Source: Octopus vulgaris (Eukaryota). From it: a stretch of DNA of 64,000 nucleotides. The notes under the pieces are model-generated. The model searched no databases. It saw only the letters and a program-made list of their open reading frames with translations, and was not told the origin of the DNA. The DNA lies in contig OX597826.1 in the NCBI GenBank assembly GCA_951406725.2, positions 31,124,001-31,188,000 on the forward strand, written 5' to 3'. The stretch's first letter is position 1. Every line of letters begins with the position of its first letter. Positions 51,952-64,000 of the stretch are shown in pieces. Made by a program: the position numbers and the translations under genes.

Positions 51952-52317
51952 GACACACACACACATATATATCCGAAAGACAGACGGAGGAGTACATACA
52001 TATATATGAGAGAGAAGAGATGTGTGTGTGTCTTTTGGTGGCTATAGTTACAAACTAACCCAATAAATGTCCATAGGAGGTCGATCACCTCTTCAGCAGC
52101 GTCGATACGGTTGACCGCATATTTAGATTAAACCAATTAAGCCAGGTGTCTACCCATTAGAAATCGTTATTCATAATCAGCTTTCTACCTTTCATCGTTC
52201 TTGGATCGATAAAATAGGACCCACTCAAGAGAACCTGACTCTATTTAATCACCAGTGTACCTTTCTCCAAAAACAAAAATGAAAACCTATTATGGCATTG
52301 TTCCAATCCTTAAAAAT

Positions 52318-52538
52318 CGTTATTTATGAACTGACAAGCAGTGAACGCTGATTGGCTGTTTAACGGTTCGTAAAATGATTTTATTCGCAACGTACTTGAC
52401 AAAAATAAAAATATTTTGGCGCCTTTTTTTTGCATGAGATCTAGAAATATACAGTACAGTACCGTTTCTACTTCGCGGATTTTCACCTATCGCGGGGGAT
52501 TTTGGGAATTTAACACCCGCGATATTCGAGGCTTACTG
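52318..52538. mobile_element. Tigger-like terminal segment
   Basis: TTCACCTATCGCGG subterminal motif (also at about 44900) and end ...CGAGGCTTACTG|TA. Confidence 0.65.
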
Positions 52539-52584
52539 TATTTTTAAAAAAAAGTATTTATATATTTTAGCTATATTTTTTTTA

Positions 52585-52891
52585 GCTTTGACTTGTTTCA
52601 GTCATTTGACTGCGGCCATGGTGGGGCACTCTCTTGAAGCCTTTAGCTGAACAAATCGACTCTAGTATTCATTTCTTTTGTTTTTGTTTTAAAAATCTGG
52701 TTTGGAACGATAAGTTATGGAGACGTAAACAAACCAACACCGGTTGTCAAGTGGTGGGAGTGACAAGCACAAAGACCCAAACATATATATATAGTAGTTT
52801 CCATCTACTAAAATTCACTCACAACGCATTGGTGGGCCCGGGACTATACTAGAAGACTTTTACTAGGAGGCGATTCAACCAGCTCGCCGCC

Positions 52892-52924
<33 letters not shown>

Positions 52925-53130
52925 GTTTCAAATTTTGTCACAAGGGTAGCCATTTTGGAGGAGGGTATGAATCGCTTACATCAACCCTAGTATTTCACTG
53001 GTATTTAATCTACCGACCCCAAAAGGATGAAAGGCGAAGTCAACCTCGGTGGAATTTGAACTCAGAACGTAACGGCAGACGAAATATCGCTAAGTATTTT
53101 CCCAGCTTGCTAACGATTCTTCCAGCTCGA
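52585..53130 (-). mobile_element. Adjacent diverged SINE A (52585-52860) and SINE B (52880-53130) copies
   Basis: Family A tail complement, then family B units bounded by (AAT)n. Confidence 0.75.
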
Positions 53131-53600
53131 CAAATAATAATAATAATAATAATAATAACAACAACAACACTTTTTTCTATAGAACTTTATCTGAGACATG
53201 GAATCCATTTCAAGAGTTCTCCGAAAGCATGTCGCGAAACACAGCTGCACAGTCTTAATATGGGGATGGCATACTAAACAATGCGGTCCATGCTGTCTGA
53301 GACTAAGACGGGATGGTCACAACATTGAAGGCCTTTGATGATAGTTCTACTCAGTCAAGACATCCCTAAGATTTAACAAAAATTAGTATGGATATTAATT
53401 ATTCTATGTAAATTAGACTATGTGTGGAGATTGACCATAAACCATTTCCGGTACCTTTTTTGTACCCTGTGATATCGCCTGTTTCTTGAACACACTTATT
53501 GCTTCTTCACATTTTTCTTTAATATTGTTTAATATTGTTTACTTTGCCCTTCGATGTCTTGGGCCCTTGTGGCCAATAAAATAAATCACGATTGTTATTG

Positions 53601-53835
53601 GGGCGGCGAGCTGGCAGAATCGTTAGCACGCCAGGCGAAATGCTTAGTGGTATTTCACCTGTCGCAACGTTGTGAGTTCAAATTCCGCCGAGGTCGACTT
53701 TGCCTTTCATCCTTTCGGGGTCGATTAAATAAGTACCAGTTATGCACTAGGGTCGATGTAATCGATTAGTCCCCTCCCCACAAATTTGAGGCCGTGTGCC
53801 TCCACTAGAAAGGATTATTATTATTATTATTATTG
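53601..53835 (+). mobile_element. SINE family B, monomeric, with (ATT)n tail
   Basis: GGCGGCGAGCTGGCAGAATCG head, a single core, CTAGAAAGG(ATT)n. Confidence 0.92.
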
Positions 53836-54334
53836 TTATCAATGAATTTTATCATTGAACCTCGGAATATTTTCGTTACACTTCTGTTACCTTCTCAAGT
53901 AGTGAAATTGAATTTTTTTTATTTTATTTTATTTATTTATTATTTTTTTTTGCAAGAGTTTCACGTTCCCTTGTGTATGAGTATGTGTGTTATTATAATC
54001 AGCTACACCCGTGAAACGGGCGGAGGAGCTCACTATAGAGGGCTCTTACTTTCAACTTAAAGTCTACATAGTTGTGTTATTGAATCATCATTTGCACTAT
54101 GCTCTTCCCACTTCTTAACCAGGAACATCCCGTGCATATATAGAATTTCTTTTTTTTTTCCCTACGCCCGGCCACATCCTCGGTGATGTTTCCTGCGGTC
54201 ATTAGGTGTTTCAGATCTTTCGACAACCAAAATTGGTGAAGCTTCCAACTTACATCCAGTTAACACCACACCGAATAACACAGACCCGTCTAGAGTTCGT
54301 ACCTTTTGATCCACATCCACACACACACACACAC

Positions 54335-54384
<50 letters not shown>

Positions 54385-54695
54385 AGAGAGAGAGAGAGAT
54401 GTTAGGGTTACAACGAGGTAGTTCTATTATATGAGTGCGTCTGTTCGTATATGTTCTCGCAATTGAAGAAGGCGAAGCATCCTTCTTTATTTCCTCTTCC
54501 TCCTCCTTCGCCTCCTTGTCATCATCATCATCATCATCATCATCATTATAAACAGATGTAACATGATGATTGTGTTAATATCTTAAGTTGCCATAATTGC
54601 AAACGGAGAAGGAGAATAAGGAGGAGCAGAGAGAAAAGGTACAAAAACAAAATTGAGAAATAAAACCATAAAAAAAGCACCAAAACACTTCACTA

Positions 54696-54728
<33 letters not shown>

Positions 54729-54991
54729 TTGCTTCCTTCCTTCCTCCTCCTCGCTACTGAAATATGGCGAAGCAGTTGAAGTTGTAAGGTGGAACTCTGG
54801 AGGTTGTGAGGTTTGGAAAATGGAAGTCAACGCAATTAAGTTCAATAGAAAACCAAAGGTATTGTTAATCGATGGAAAAGTTCCATAGAATATGTCACGA
54901 AGTTACCTCTTTAATCGATACTATTCTGGGAGTGACAACAAGGAAAATCTTGCTATTTGTATATACGTCTGTGTGTGTGTGTGTATAATAC

Positions 54992-55033
<42 letters not shown>

Positions 55034-55102
55034 AATATATATGTGTGTGAGTGTATATAATATATATGTGTGTGTGCTTGTATATATATGTGTGTGTGTA
55101 GG

Positions 55103-55157
<55 letters not shown>

Positions 55158-55798
55158 TGTGTCTATACATACATATGTGTGTTGCAGATTTGTATCTATA
55201 ATTCTATACGTTTGTGTATACACACACACGCACACACACACACACACGCACACACACACACATATGTATGTATGGCAATATATAGTATGTTTGTATCTCC
55301 CACTCCCCTTTCCCTCCTCTTTCTCGCTTATATATACATGTATTTATAGTTCTGTTTTTGTGCCTCTATGTATATTTGTATCTTCGTATATATAGATGTG
55401 TGTGTGTATTTATGCATGTAGGATTATATATGCGGATAGGTACGTATGCAGGCAGGTAGGCAGCTTGGTATGTACGTTTGTATGCATAAACGTATGGTTG
55501 AGCGTATGTATTGGTATGTATATGTAGTATAATGTTCTATATATTCGGAAACGAGTTGATGAGTGTAAAGGTGGCGGTAGTAGTTGTAGTGGTGGTTGTG
55601 GTAGTGGAGATAGTGGTAGTAGTATTATCTGTTGTGGTGTATCGTTATTGATTTCTGTCTCGTTTTACTTCCCTTTAATTTAAAAGAATGAAATCATTTA
55701 GTGCATTAAGTGTGTGTTGGTAATTGGAGCATTGAATCTGTTTGAGTGAGATGTATGTACACACACACACACACATGTATGTATATATATATATATAT

Positions 55799-55848
<50 letters not shown>

Positions 55849-55979
55849 GTGTGTGTATGTATGCTTAGATACATATGTGTAAGTAGATAGATAGATAAAT
55901 AGATATAGTTATAGATACGTATGTATGTATGTATGTATGTATGTATGTATGTATGTATGTATGTATGTATGTGCCCGCG

Positions 55980-56015
<36 letters not shown>

Positions 56016-56136
56016 GTAAAAAATAAATACAAACATGGACAAGAACATGAAACACCAAGGAGACGACACAAGAACCACAGGATGGGACATTCGAAGCCCT
56101 CAGTCATCAGTCAAGAACCAGATCATCTTCGCAATT

Positions 56137-56185
<49 letters not shown>

Positions 56186-56339
56186 TCACACAAAATGCAT
56201 GTATTCATATAAACATAAGGGGCGACAATTTTTTATGAGGTGGTGCTCCAGCATGTACGCAGTTCGTCGACTAAAATCACTCAAACAATAAAATCACACA
56301 TACACACTTACTTACGCACATCTATATGTGTTACTGGTT

Positions 56340-56760
56340 GGATCTAGGATCTAGAGGAAGGAGCAGTGCCTGTGGCCGTTGCAGACCTTCCTTAACCAGT
56401 GGGGTCGGTGCCATTAGCGTTCCTCTTGGACCTTTGTGTGGTCAACACTTTCATGAACAGGAGTAGAGCAGGAATTTCAGAAGAATTATGGTCTGGAAAG
56501 GAAGTGGCAGGGTGAAGTCGTTAATGTGGCTGCCATGTGAGGGTAGGAGGAAGGACAGTGTATCGGGAACACCTGAGTGGAGATGGTCTGAGCCCAACCA
56601 GCTCTGAGAAGCAGAGGCCATTACAGTAGCGAAAGAAAAAAGACAGAGGGGAAACAGCATATCTGTGGGTGAGAGAGTGGCAGTCAACCATTTTTTACCT
56701 TGGGACCTATTTGATTCCTGCTTTACTGTCGTGGACCTTCATAACCATTTGATGCTTGAA
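56340..56760 (-). pseudogene. Decayed CR1/Jockey-group LINE 3' fragment
   Basis: Minus frame FRYCNGLCFSELVGL is homologous to the RYYxGxCSxEL motif at about 13770-13805. Confidence 0.65.
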
Positions 56761-56996
56761 AACAAGTCCTAGAGATGTTTCTTTCAAAGTCCTTGTTTTG
56801 TTTTTCACTTGTTCACTTGCGTATGTTTGCAATAGCCCTCACGGAGAGGACATGTTTCAGTGGCCGGAAATATGTTGAACTATGTGAAACATTAAAGCTC
56901 GCCGCCTTCCATGACTTCTATATCTAGCATATCGAAACGCCACATGGAAACTCCATTGTTGGATCGTGTGCATAAGCGTGTGTGTGTGTGTGTGTT

Positions 56997-57047
<51 letters not shown>

Positions 57048-57055
57048 GTACGCCG

Positions 57056-57083
<28 letters not shown>

Positions 57084-57086
<3 letters not shown>

Positions 57087-57358
57087 AAATGGGAAAACAT
57101 CCAGAAGACGATACAAAAATCACGGACGGGTCATTCGAAGCCTTTAATCTTCAGTCAAGAACCGGATCATCCTCGCAATTTCGGCTGAATGCTGTTAGCA
57201 TAGTTTTTCCTTGGGGCTGGCCAGATTGGAGCAATCTCAAGATTAATCAGCCGAAATTGCGAGGATGATCTCGTTCTTGACTGAAGATTAAAAGCTTCGA
57301 ATGACCCGTCCGTGTTTTTTGTATCGTCTTCTGGATGTTTTGCGTTCTTATCCCATTT

Positions 57359-57362
<4 letters not shown>
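57084..57362. repeat. Palindromic short element in (TA)n
   Basis: Arms 57084-57189 and 57246-57362 are nearly perfectly inverted; a diverged single arm lies at about 56030-56140. Confidence 0.88.
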
Positions 57363-57401
<39 letters not shown>

Positions 57402-57545
57402 TTTTGGGATTTGGAGTCAAGACTATTGAAAAGGTTACAAGATGCAATGAAAATTTTAGGAAAATAAAAATAAGAAATAAGTGGAAATTTTACCGGTGTG
57501 TGTGTTACATTATAAGGCACAAAAAGAAAATGACTCTCCCCAGAT

Positions 57546-57595
<50 letters not shown>

Positions 57596-57602
57596 ACACA
57601 CA

Positions 57603-57977
57603 CGCAGGCGTAGTTGTGTGGTTAGAAGTTTGCTTCCCAACCATATGGTTCCGGGTTCAGTCCCACTGCGTAACATCTTCTACTATAGCCTGGGGCCGAC
57701 TAAAGTTTTATGAATAAATTTGGTAGACGGAAACTGAAAGATGCTTGTCGTATATATATATGTATTGTTTGTGTGTCTGTGTTTGTCACCCCACCATCAC
57801 TTGACAACCGGTGTTGGTGTGTTTACGTCCCCGTAACTTAGCGGTTCGGCAAAAGACACCGGTAGAATAAGTATTAGGTTCACAAAGAATAAGTCCTGGA
57901 GTCGATTTGTTCGACTAAAGCCGATATTCCAGATTGGCCGCAGTCAAATGACTGAAACAAGTAAAAGAATAAAAGAA
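57603..57977 (+). mobile_element. SINE family A
   Basis: Head, body and tail all match family A. Confidence 0.9.
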
Positions 57978-58032
57978 TACACACGCACACACACATACGC
58001 TTTTGTTTAATATTAAAAAATCAGTCAAAATC

Positions 58033-58232
58033 AGCGGAATGGCAGAATCGTTAGCATGCCGGAGAATATTTCGTCCGTCTTGACGTTCTGAGTTCAAATT
58101 CCGCCGAGATCGACTTCGCCTTCCATCCTTTTCAATGTCAATAAAATAAGTACCAGTTAAACACTGGGGTCGATGTAATCGACTTATTCCTGCCCCCGAA
58201 ATTGCTGGCCTTGTGCCAAAATTGGAAACCTA
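58033..58232 (+). mobile_element. SINE family B, monomeric variant
   Basis: TGGCAGAATCG, GAGTTCAAATTCC, core and GGCCTTGTGCC tail. Confidence 0.85.
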
Positions 58233-59378
58233 TATTAAAGGAAGAGTTTATAGATACAAGCCTCAGAAACTGAAAAATATTATTTGCGGTGATAATAGGA
58301 GGTTGCGTGGAACCTAAAAGAACTCGAACCTGAAAATAAAAGGCATTTGACGAATATTATATCCCATAATTAATTAGAATGAATTTCCAACGTCCAAGGT
58401 TATATCACGGAAGATGGATGGAATGATGGATGAGAGATGGATGAATGAATAAATGGCAAAGCGGACAGACAGGCGGACAGACGGACAGACAGACAGGCAG
58501 GCAGGCAGGCAGGCAGGCAGGTAGAAAGACAGACAGACAGACAGATAGACAGATAGATAGATAGATAGATAGATGGATGCTAGCTGGTTGAGTACAATAA
58601 CCAATCTTCAGTCGTGCTATTACTTTCGTATAACAATCTTTAATCAAAGGCGTTTTTTTTATTTTCATTTCCAAGGTGTTAAAATCTCACATTTGGCGTA
58701 TTTTTCTTCCACGAATTTCCTGAGGTTTTTTTCTATGTAAACTCTAAAAACAAAAATAAAATAAATTTAGGAAAAGGGTTAATTTTTTTTTTTTTTTTTT
58801 TGCCATTTTATTCTTTTCTTTTCCGCTTTGGTGTGTGTGGTGGGGGTATATTGTTTTGAAAGGATGTTGAAGTTTATTTGAGGTTTGAGTCTTTTGTGAG
58901 TAAAACATTATTTATAAAAGAATCCATTATGAACAAATAGCATAAAAGTGTATTTAAAAAAAAAAGAAAAAACAAGATGTTATCAGGTTTGTTTCCCTTT
59001 TTATAAAGAGAATGAAAAAATATTTTGATGATTCACTCACTAACATAAAAAAACAAACAGGAACTTCACCTGCGTCGAACGATCGATCACTGCATTTCAT
59101 TCACACATCCCGCCCGCAAGGTTACCCTGCCCCGGTCGCCGTATAACCCTCTCTATCTCGCTATCTGTCTCTCTATCTATTACTTTTATTCATTAAGTCA
59201 ATAAAGAATGACTGTTTTTTTATCATTAAACAACTTACTATTGTATCGAATATGGTCGTTTCAATACACAATTGTCCTTCGTGTTTTTTTCTCTTTTCTT
59301 TTATTGTTACCTTTATAACAAATACACTTATCATTATCATCATTATTATATTATTATTAGAATTATTATTGTTATTTA

Positions 59379-60188
59379 GGCGGTGAGCTGGCAGAAACGT
59401 TAGCACGCTGGGCGAAATGCTTCGCGGTTTTTTCGTCTGCCGTTACGTTCTGAGTTCAAATTCCGCCGAGGTCGACTTTACATTTCGTCCTTTCGGGGTC
59501 GATTAAATAAGTACCAGTTACGCACTGGGATCGATGTAATCGACTTACTCCGTTTGTCTGTCCTTGTTTGTCCCCTTTGTGTTTATCCCCTTGTGGGTAG
59601 TAAAGAAATAGGTATTTTGTCTGTTTTCCTGTTCTGAGTTCAAATGCCACCGGAGTCGACTTTGTCTTTCATCCTTTCGGGGTCGATAAATTAAGTACTA
59701 GTTGAGTACTAGGGTTGATATAATTGACTACCCTCTCCCTCAAATTTCAGGCCTTGTGCCTATAGTAGAAAGGATTATCATTATTATCAAGGTAGCGTGC
59801 TGGACGAAATGCTTAGCGTATTTCGCTTATCGCTACGTTCCGAGATCAAATTCCGCCGAGGTCGACTTTGATTTTCATCCTTTCAAGGTCGATAAAATAA
59901 GTACAAGTTGAACACTGGTGTCGATGTAATCGATTCATCCCCAGTGGAAAGGATTATTATTATTATGGCGGCGAGCTGGCAGAATCGTTACCAAGTCAGG
60001 CAAAATGCTCATCAGCATTTCATCTGCCCTCACGTTCTGAGTTCAAATTTCACCGAGGTCGACTTTGCCATTCATCTTTTTGGGGCCGATAAATTAAGTA
60101 CCATGTAATCGACTATCCCCCCAACCCACCCACAAAAAAATTTCAGGCCTTGTGACTTTAGTAGAAATGATTATTATTATTATTATTA
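59379..60188 (+). mobile_element. Tandem array of four SINE family B cores separated by (ATT)n
   Basis: B-box plus core at about 59452, 59636, 59843 and 60039; AAAGG(ATT)n junctions at about 59770 and 59950. Confidence 0.88.
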
Positions 60189-61086
60189 GAGGGATGAGCC
60201 GTCCTTATATATAAGAATAAGTTGAAACAATCACCAAAACCCGTGCAGTTTAATTTAACATCTTGGGAAAGTTATTGTCTAAAAATTGTTCTGAGTGGTG
60301 TAAAATGTGTTATGACGCATCTAAACAATTTGAGATGAAGAAACAGAACAATGAAGAGTTATATCCTGCAGTCAACAGACACATTTGTCCAATCCCAGGC
60401 AAAACTAAGACCACCATTGTCCCCGTTGAGACTTCATAGCAAAATCTGTGCTCGGACTCAAATTGCATTCACGCGTCCATTGCAAATAGATGCAGATTAT
60501 TTTGTTTTTAATCCTTTTTCTCAAAACAAAAATGCTTTCCTGCAATCATTCATACGTCGAAATCGGCAGGGGTGGCCATTATTATAATTATTATTATTCT
60601 CATCATTATCATTCACATGTGGTATTTTTTCAAAATTTTCTAATTCAATAAAAAAAAAACTTTATAATTCTTTTCGAAGAAATGTCCTTCCCTCACTCAT
60701 CATTCTTCTTAAATTATGCCTTTTATGATGGGTTATATTTACTCTCGACTCTTTCCATCTCTTCTCATTGTTTTTTTTTTCTTCGTTTTCTAGTTTCTTT
60801 CTTTCTCTTTCCCTCTCTCTATATCCAACTGTATCCCCTATCTCTCTCTCCATTTTCTCTTTCTTCATTCTCCCCTCCCTTTTTCCATTCCTCTCTCCGT
60901 TTCTAACTCTCTATCTATACCCCTTTGTCTCTATATTTTCTTTCATTTCGTTTGTTCCTTTATCAATATCCTATCTCATCTCTCATATCTCAATCAGTCA
61001 CGAGATCTCCCTCTCCTACGCCACCCTTTTCCCCCACACATACGCATACGCACACACCAATTCGAAAGAACTGCTTCTTGGCCTAA

Positions 61087-61105
61087 CGTGGCGTGACTTG
61101 ATTGG
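61087..61105 (-). promoter_or_regulatory. ER-stress response element consensus (CCAAT-N9-CCACG)
   Basis: Minus strand CCAAT-CAAGTCACG-CCACG, exact spacing, in unique sequence. Confidence 0.45.
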
Positions 61106-62560
61106 CTTAATGTAGCGTAGATTTTGGCACCGTGTGTAAGTCAGAGGTGATAACATCTCCTTTTCTCTCTCTCTTTCTTTCTTGCCTCGTCTTGCTTTTC
61201 CTTCTTTCTTACAAGGCCCTTCGCTTTTGTCATGTCTAGACGATCAAAGTATGTACCAGTTTAGCCAAGGGTTATTTTGCTAAGGAGAGAGAATGAAATA
61301 AAACAAAACAAGATGAAAAAGATGTAAAAGACGAGCATAAAATATGCTAATACATTCTTAAAGGACCTTTCCCGGCCTCCTACACCTTCGGTAAGAGAGA
61401 GATTAATCAGATTTTGTCATCAGCGTATTTACCGTGCAATATCGTCTGGCTTTCTTCCAAATGTAAAGCTGACCTTGAAGTTCTCTACTGATAAATATCT
61501 TCAGTTTAAATGAAACGCGACGCTTGCTTTTCACTTCAGAATTATTCGGCGCCATCTTTGTTTTCTGCATTTTTCGTTTTGCTTGCTTGTTCTTGAAAAT
61601 TTTGTTTTATTTTTCTTCATTTTTCTTTTTAATATTTGTAGGTGTATGATACATGCCATGCGTTATGAGATGGTTGTATGTATGTTTGAATAAATGCGTG
61701 TACGTGTGTGTGTCACGCAGACGTGTATATATATATATATATATATAAATTACATTTACATATCTCTGTATGTATATATATACCTACATACATACGTACA
61801 TACATACATACAGAGATATGCAAATATATATGTATGTATGTATGCATGTATTTATATATATAAATATGTATGTATCTAGATATATGTATATACCAATGTA
61901 CACACACACAAACACAAATACGACCCAATGAACGCACAAACATACCAGCACGCACATTCATTGTGTGTATGTGTGTGTGTGTGTGTGTGTGCGTGCAGGC
62001 TTACTGCAATCACCCGGTTTCAATAGTTCTGCTGTTATATATCACTGCAGGCTTTTATACAAAGGTACGCCTTACTTCCCATGTCGTTGGCTTTAGCAAG
62101 AAGAACCAGTGCTCCATATTGTAATTGTTGGTGGTGGTGGTAGCGGTAGTGATAACGCTGTGTATTGCAATGTAGCGGTGATCTTATCTCTTCAGTAGCC
62201 TAAATAAAATGAATGATTAATGCTACACTCTGTACATTCTTCTAATCACTGATACCGTTCGGTTAATCTTATCTTGCGGCCCTATTGTGGGTCTTATTGT
62301 TGCACTGCACAAAAGCTATGAATATATTTAGAATGCCTATACAGACGAAAATAAACTATGAAACGAAACATTTCGGACCTTATATGTGGTCGCTTGATTT
62401 TGCTAGAAATAGCAAACAAATTCATTATTAAAATCATACTCAAATATAAAGCGTTATGATTTGCTTGAACCATGGCATTATGGGTAAATAATATAAATGT
62501 TCGAGAAAAAGCTTTGGGCGATGCAGGCTTGCCGGTAATAAAACATTTCTCAGAAGTCTT

Positions 62561-62591
<31 letters not shown>

Positions 62592-63349
62592 GAAAGAGTG
62601 AACCTTTGCCGAAATACTAAATTTTATTAAAGAACCTATGTGAAGTAATACAATATTTTCTTAATCGGCATCGCTCTGTATATTTTACCTTGCTTCTTAC
62701 CTGCATTGCTCAAAGGTTTTTTTTTGGGGGGGGGGCATTTATATCACAAACTCAAATACCTTTAAAAAGTGAGACAACATTGATAATGTTACTGTATGTT
62801 CCCTTGCAAAAACGTATCTGTTAAGGTTGGAATGTTCGATCAGAGATTGGCTAGGGACCACACGACAAAGCCGGCAACAACAATATCAACAACAACGAGT
62901 TAAGGATAGTAGCCTTTATGTGATCACTTGTAAGAAATAGAAGCCATATAGCTATCAAATTATATACTACCATCTTTAAAAGGGGGACTACATTCTAAAT
63001 GATAGGCTTGTATGCTTCTAAAAGGCCAGTACCATCAGAGGTGAAATTCCTTTGAGCGTGGCTTGGGTCAGTCAGGGTGGATCTTGGGCTAAACAACAAC
63101 AACAACTACTACTACTACTACTACTATTACTACTACTACAAATGAGTTTCAAACGAGCAAATGTGGAGTCTTCAGTAAAGCTAGAAATAACAGATCTACT
63201 GGACTAGGACTGATCTGAACCTGAGCGGTAACAACAGCAGAATGAATAGTTCCACCCGTAATAAAAACACTTTTCCGGTGTTGTCAGTCATTTTAGAAAC
63301 ATTTCAGTCGCTTTTTTTCTTTTTTTTTTTCAGCTAAACATACAATTTT

Positions 63350-63660
63350 TTTTTACTTGTTTCAGTCATTAGATCGTGGTCATGCTGGGGCACTGCCTTG
63401 AAGTTTTTTAATCGAACAGCTCGATCTTAGATCTGGTACCTTTTACCGAACCGCCAAGTTTGGGTGGCATAAACAAACCAACACCGGTTATCAAGTGGTA
63501 GTGAACAGAAACACAAAGATACACTCGCACATTCTCAAAAACACACAACGGGCTTCTTTCGGTTTCCATCAGCTAAATCTACTCTCAAGGCATTGGACGA
63601 GTCCGGAAGCCACGCGGTTGCAAAGCGTGTTTTTTAACCACCCAGCCATGTCTGTGCCTA
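63350..63660 (-). mobile_element. SINE family A, diverged and internally deleted
   Basis: TTTACTTGTTTCAGTCATT tail complement and TTAACCACCCAGCCA head complement. Confidence 0.75.
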
Positions 63661-64000
63661 TATCCATTTTAAATAAAATATGGCCTTACTTACAACATAT
63701 AACAATGGTCGAAATATAATTTTTAAGACGTGAAGGGATATAAATTTGATGTAGGCGAGAATTTCCTCGGATCCATAGACTCCGCTCTTGTCTACTGTTT
63801 ACCGGAAGTATTAATTACGAAAATTAATTTGAATGGTGTTAATAAAACTTTAATTTTCAAACATTCAACTGGCTCTATTTATTCAAAATTCCGTTAACTT
63901 TTTATTACTTTAGACCTGTTCAAAATAAAGCAATGTTAATTTTTACTAACGCAATGCTTGACCTAATGCACCACCCGATGTGACACCACTACCTAGCATA

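Noticed and set aside
497-63719. Numerous ORFs rich in YI, TH, CV, MYVC, LSIY, poly-I/N/Y repeats
   Set aside because: Direct translations of (TA)n, (CA)n, (TATG)n, (TCTA)n and (ATT)n microsatellites; no domain content.

Overview
Repeat-saturated, AT-rich eukaryotic non-coding DNA (intronic or intergenic). The SINE families and the extreme (TA)n/(TG)n/(TATG)n/(ATT)n content look like an octopus or other coleoid cephalopod genome; this is recognition and inference, not a database hit. No intact host protein-coding gene is supported, and nearly all ORFs in the track are microsatellite translations. The window contains about 17 copies of one tRNA-derived SINE (family A, with an internal microsatellite), about 12 loci of a second, often dimeric or tandem SINE (family B), and further SINEs. 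It also holds decayed piggyBac and Tigger/pogo transposase fragments, mariner, Tigger, hAT and TTAA MITEs, and 3' fragments of CR1/Jockey-, RTE-, R4/Dong-like and Penelope-like retroelements. The most unusual signals are: (i) a short element joining a tRNA-Ser(GCT)-like Pol III head to a minimal Penelope-type hammerhead ribozyme, plus related short elements forming head-to-head palindromes in TA tracts; (ii) R4/Dong-like 3' ends inserted into the (ATT)n tail of a SINE; (iii) unique islands with candidate regulatory motifs (exact ERSE, RFX X-box, CTCF, DR1) and possible non-coding 5' exons on the minus strand. Repeat boundaries were read by eye and are approximate.
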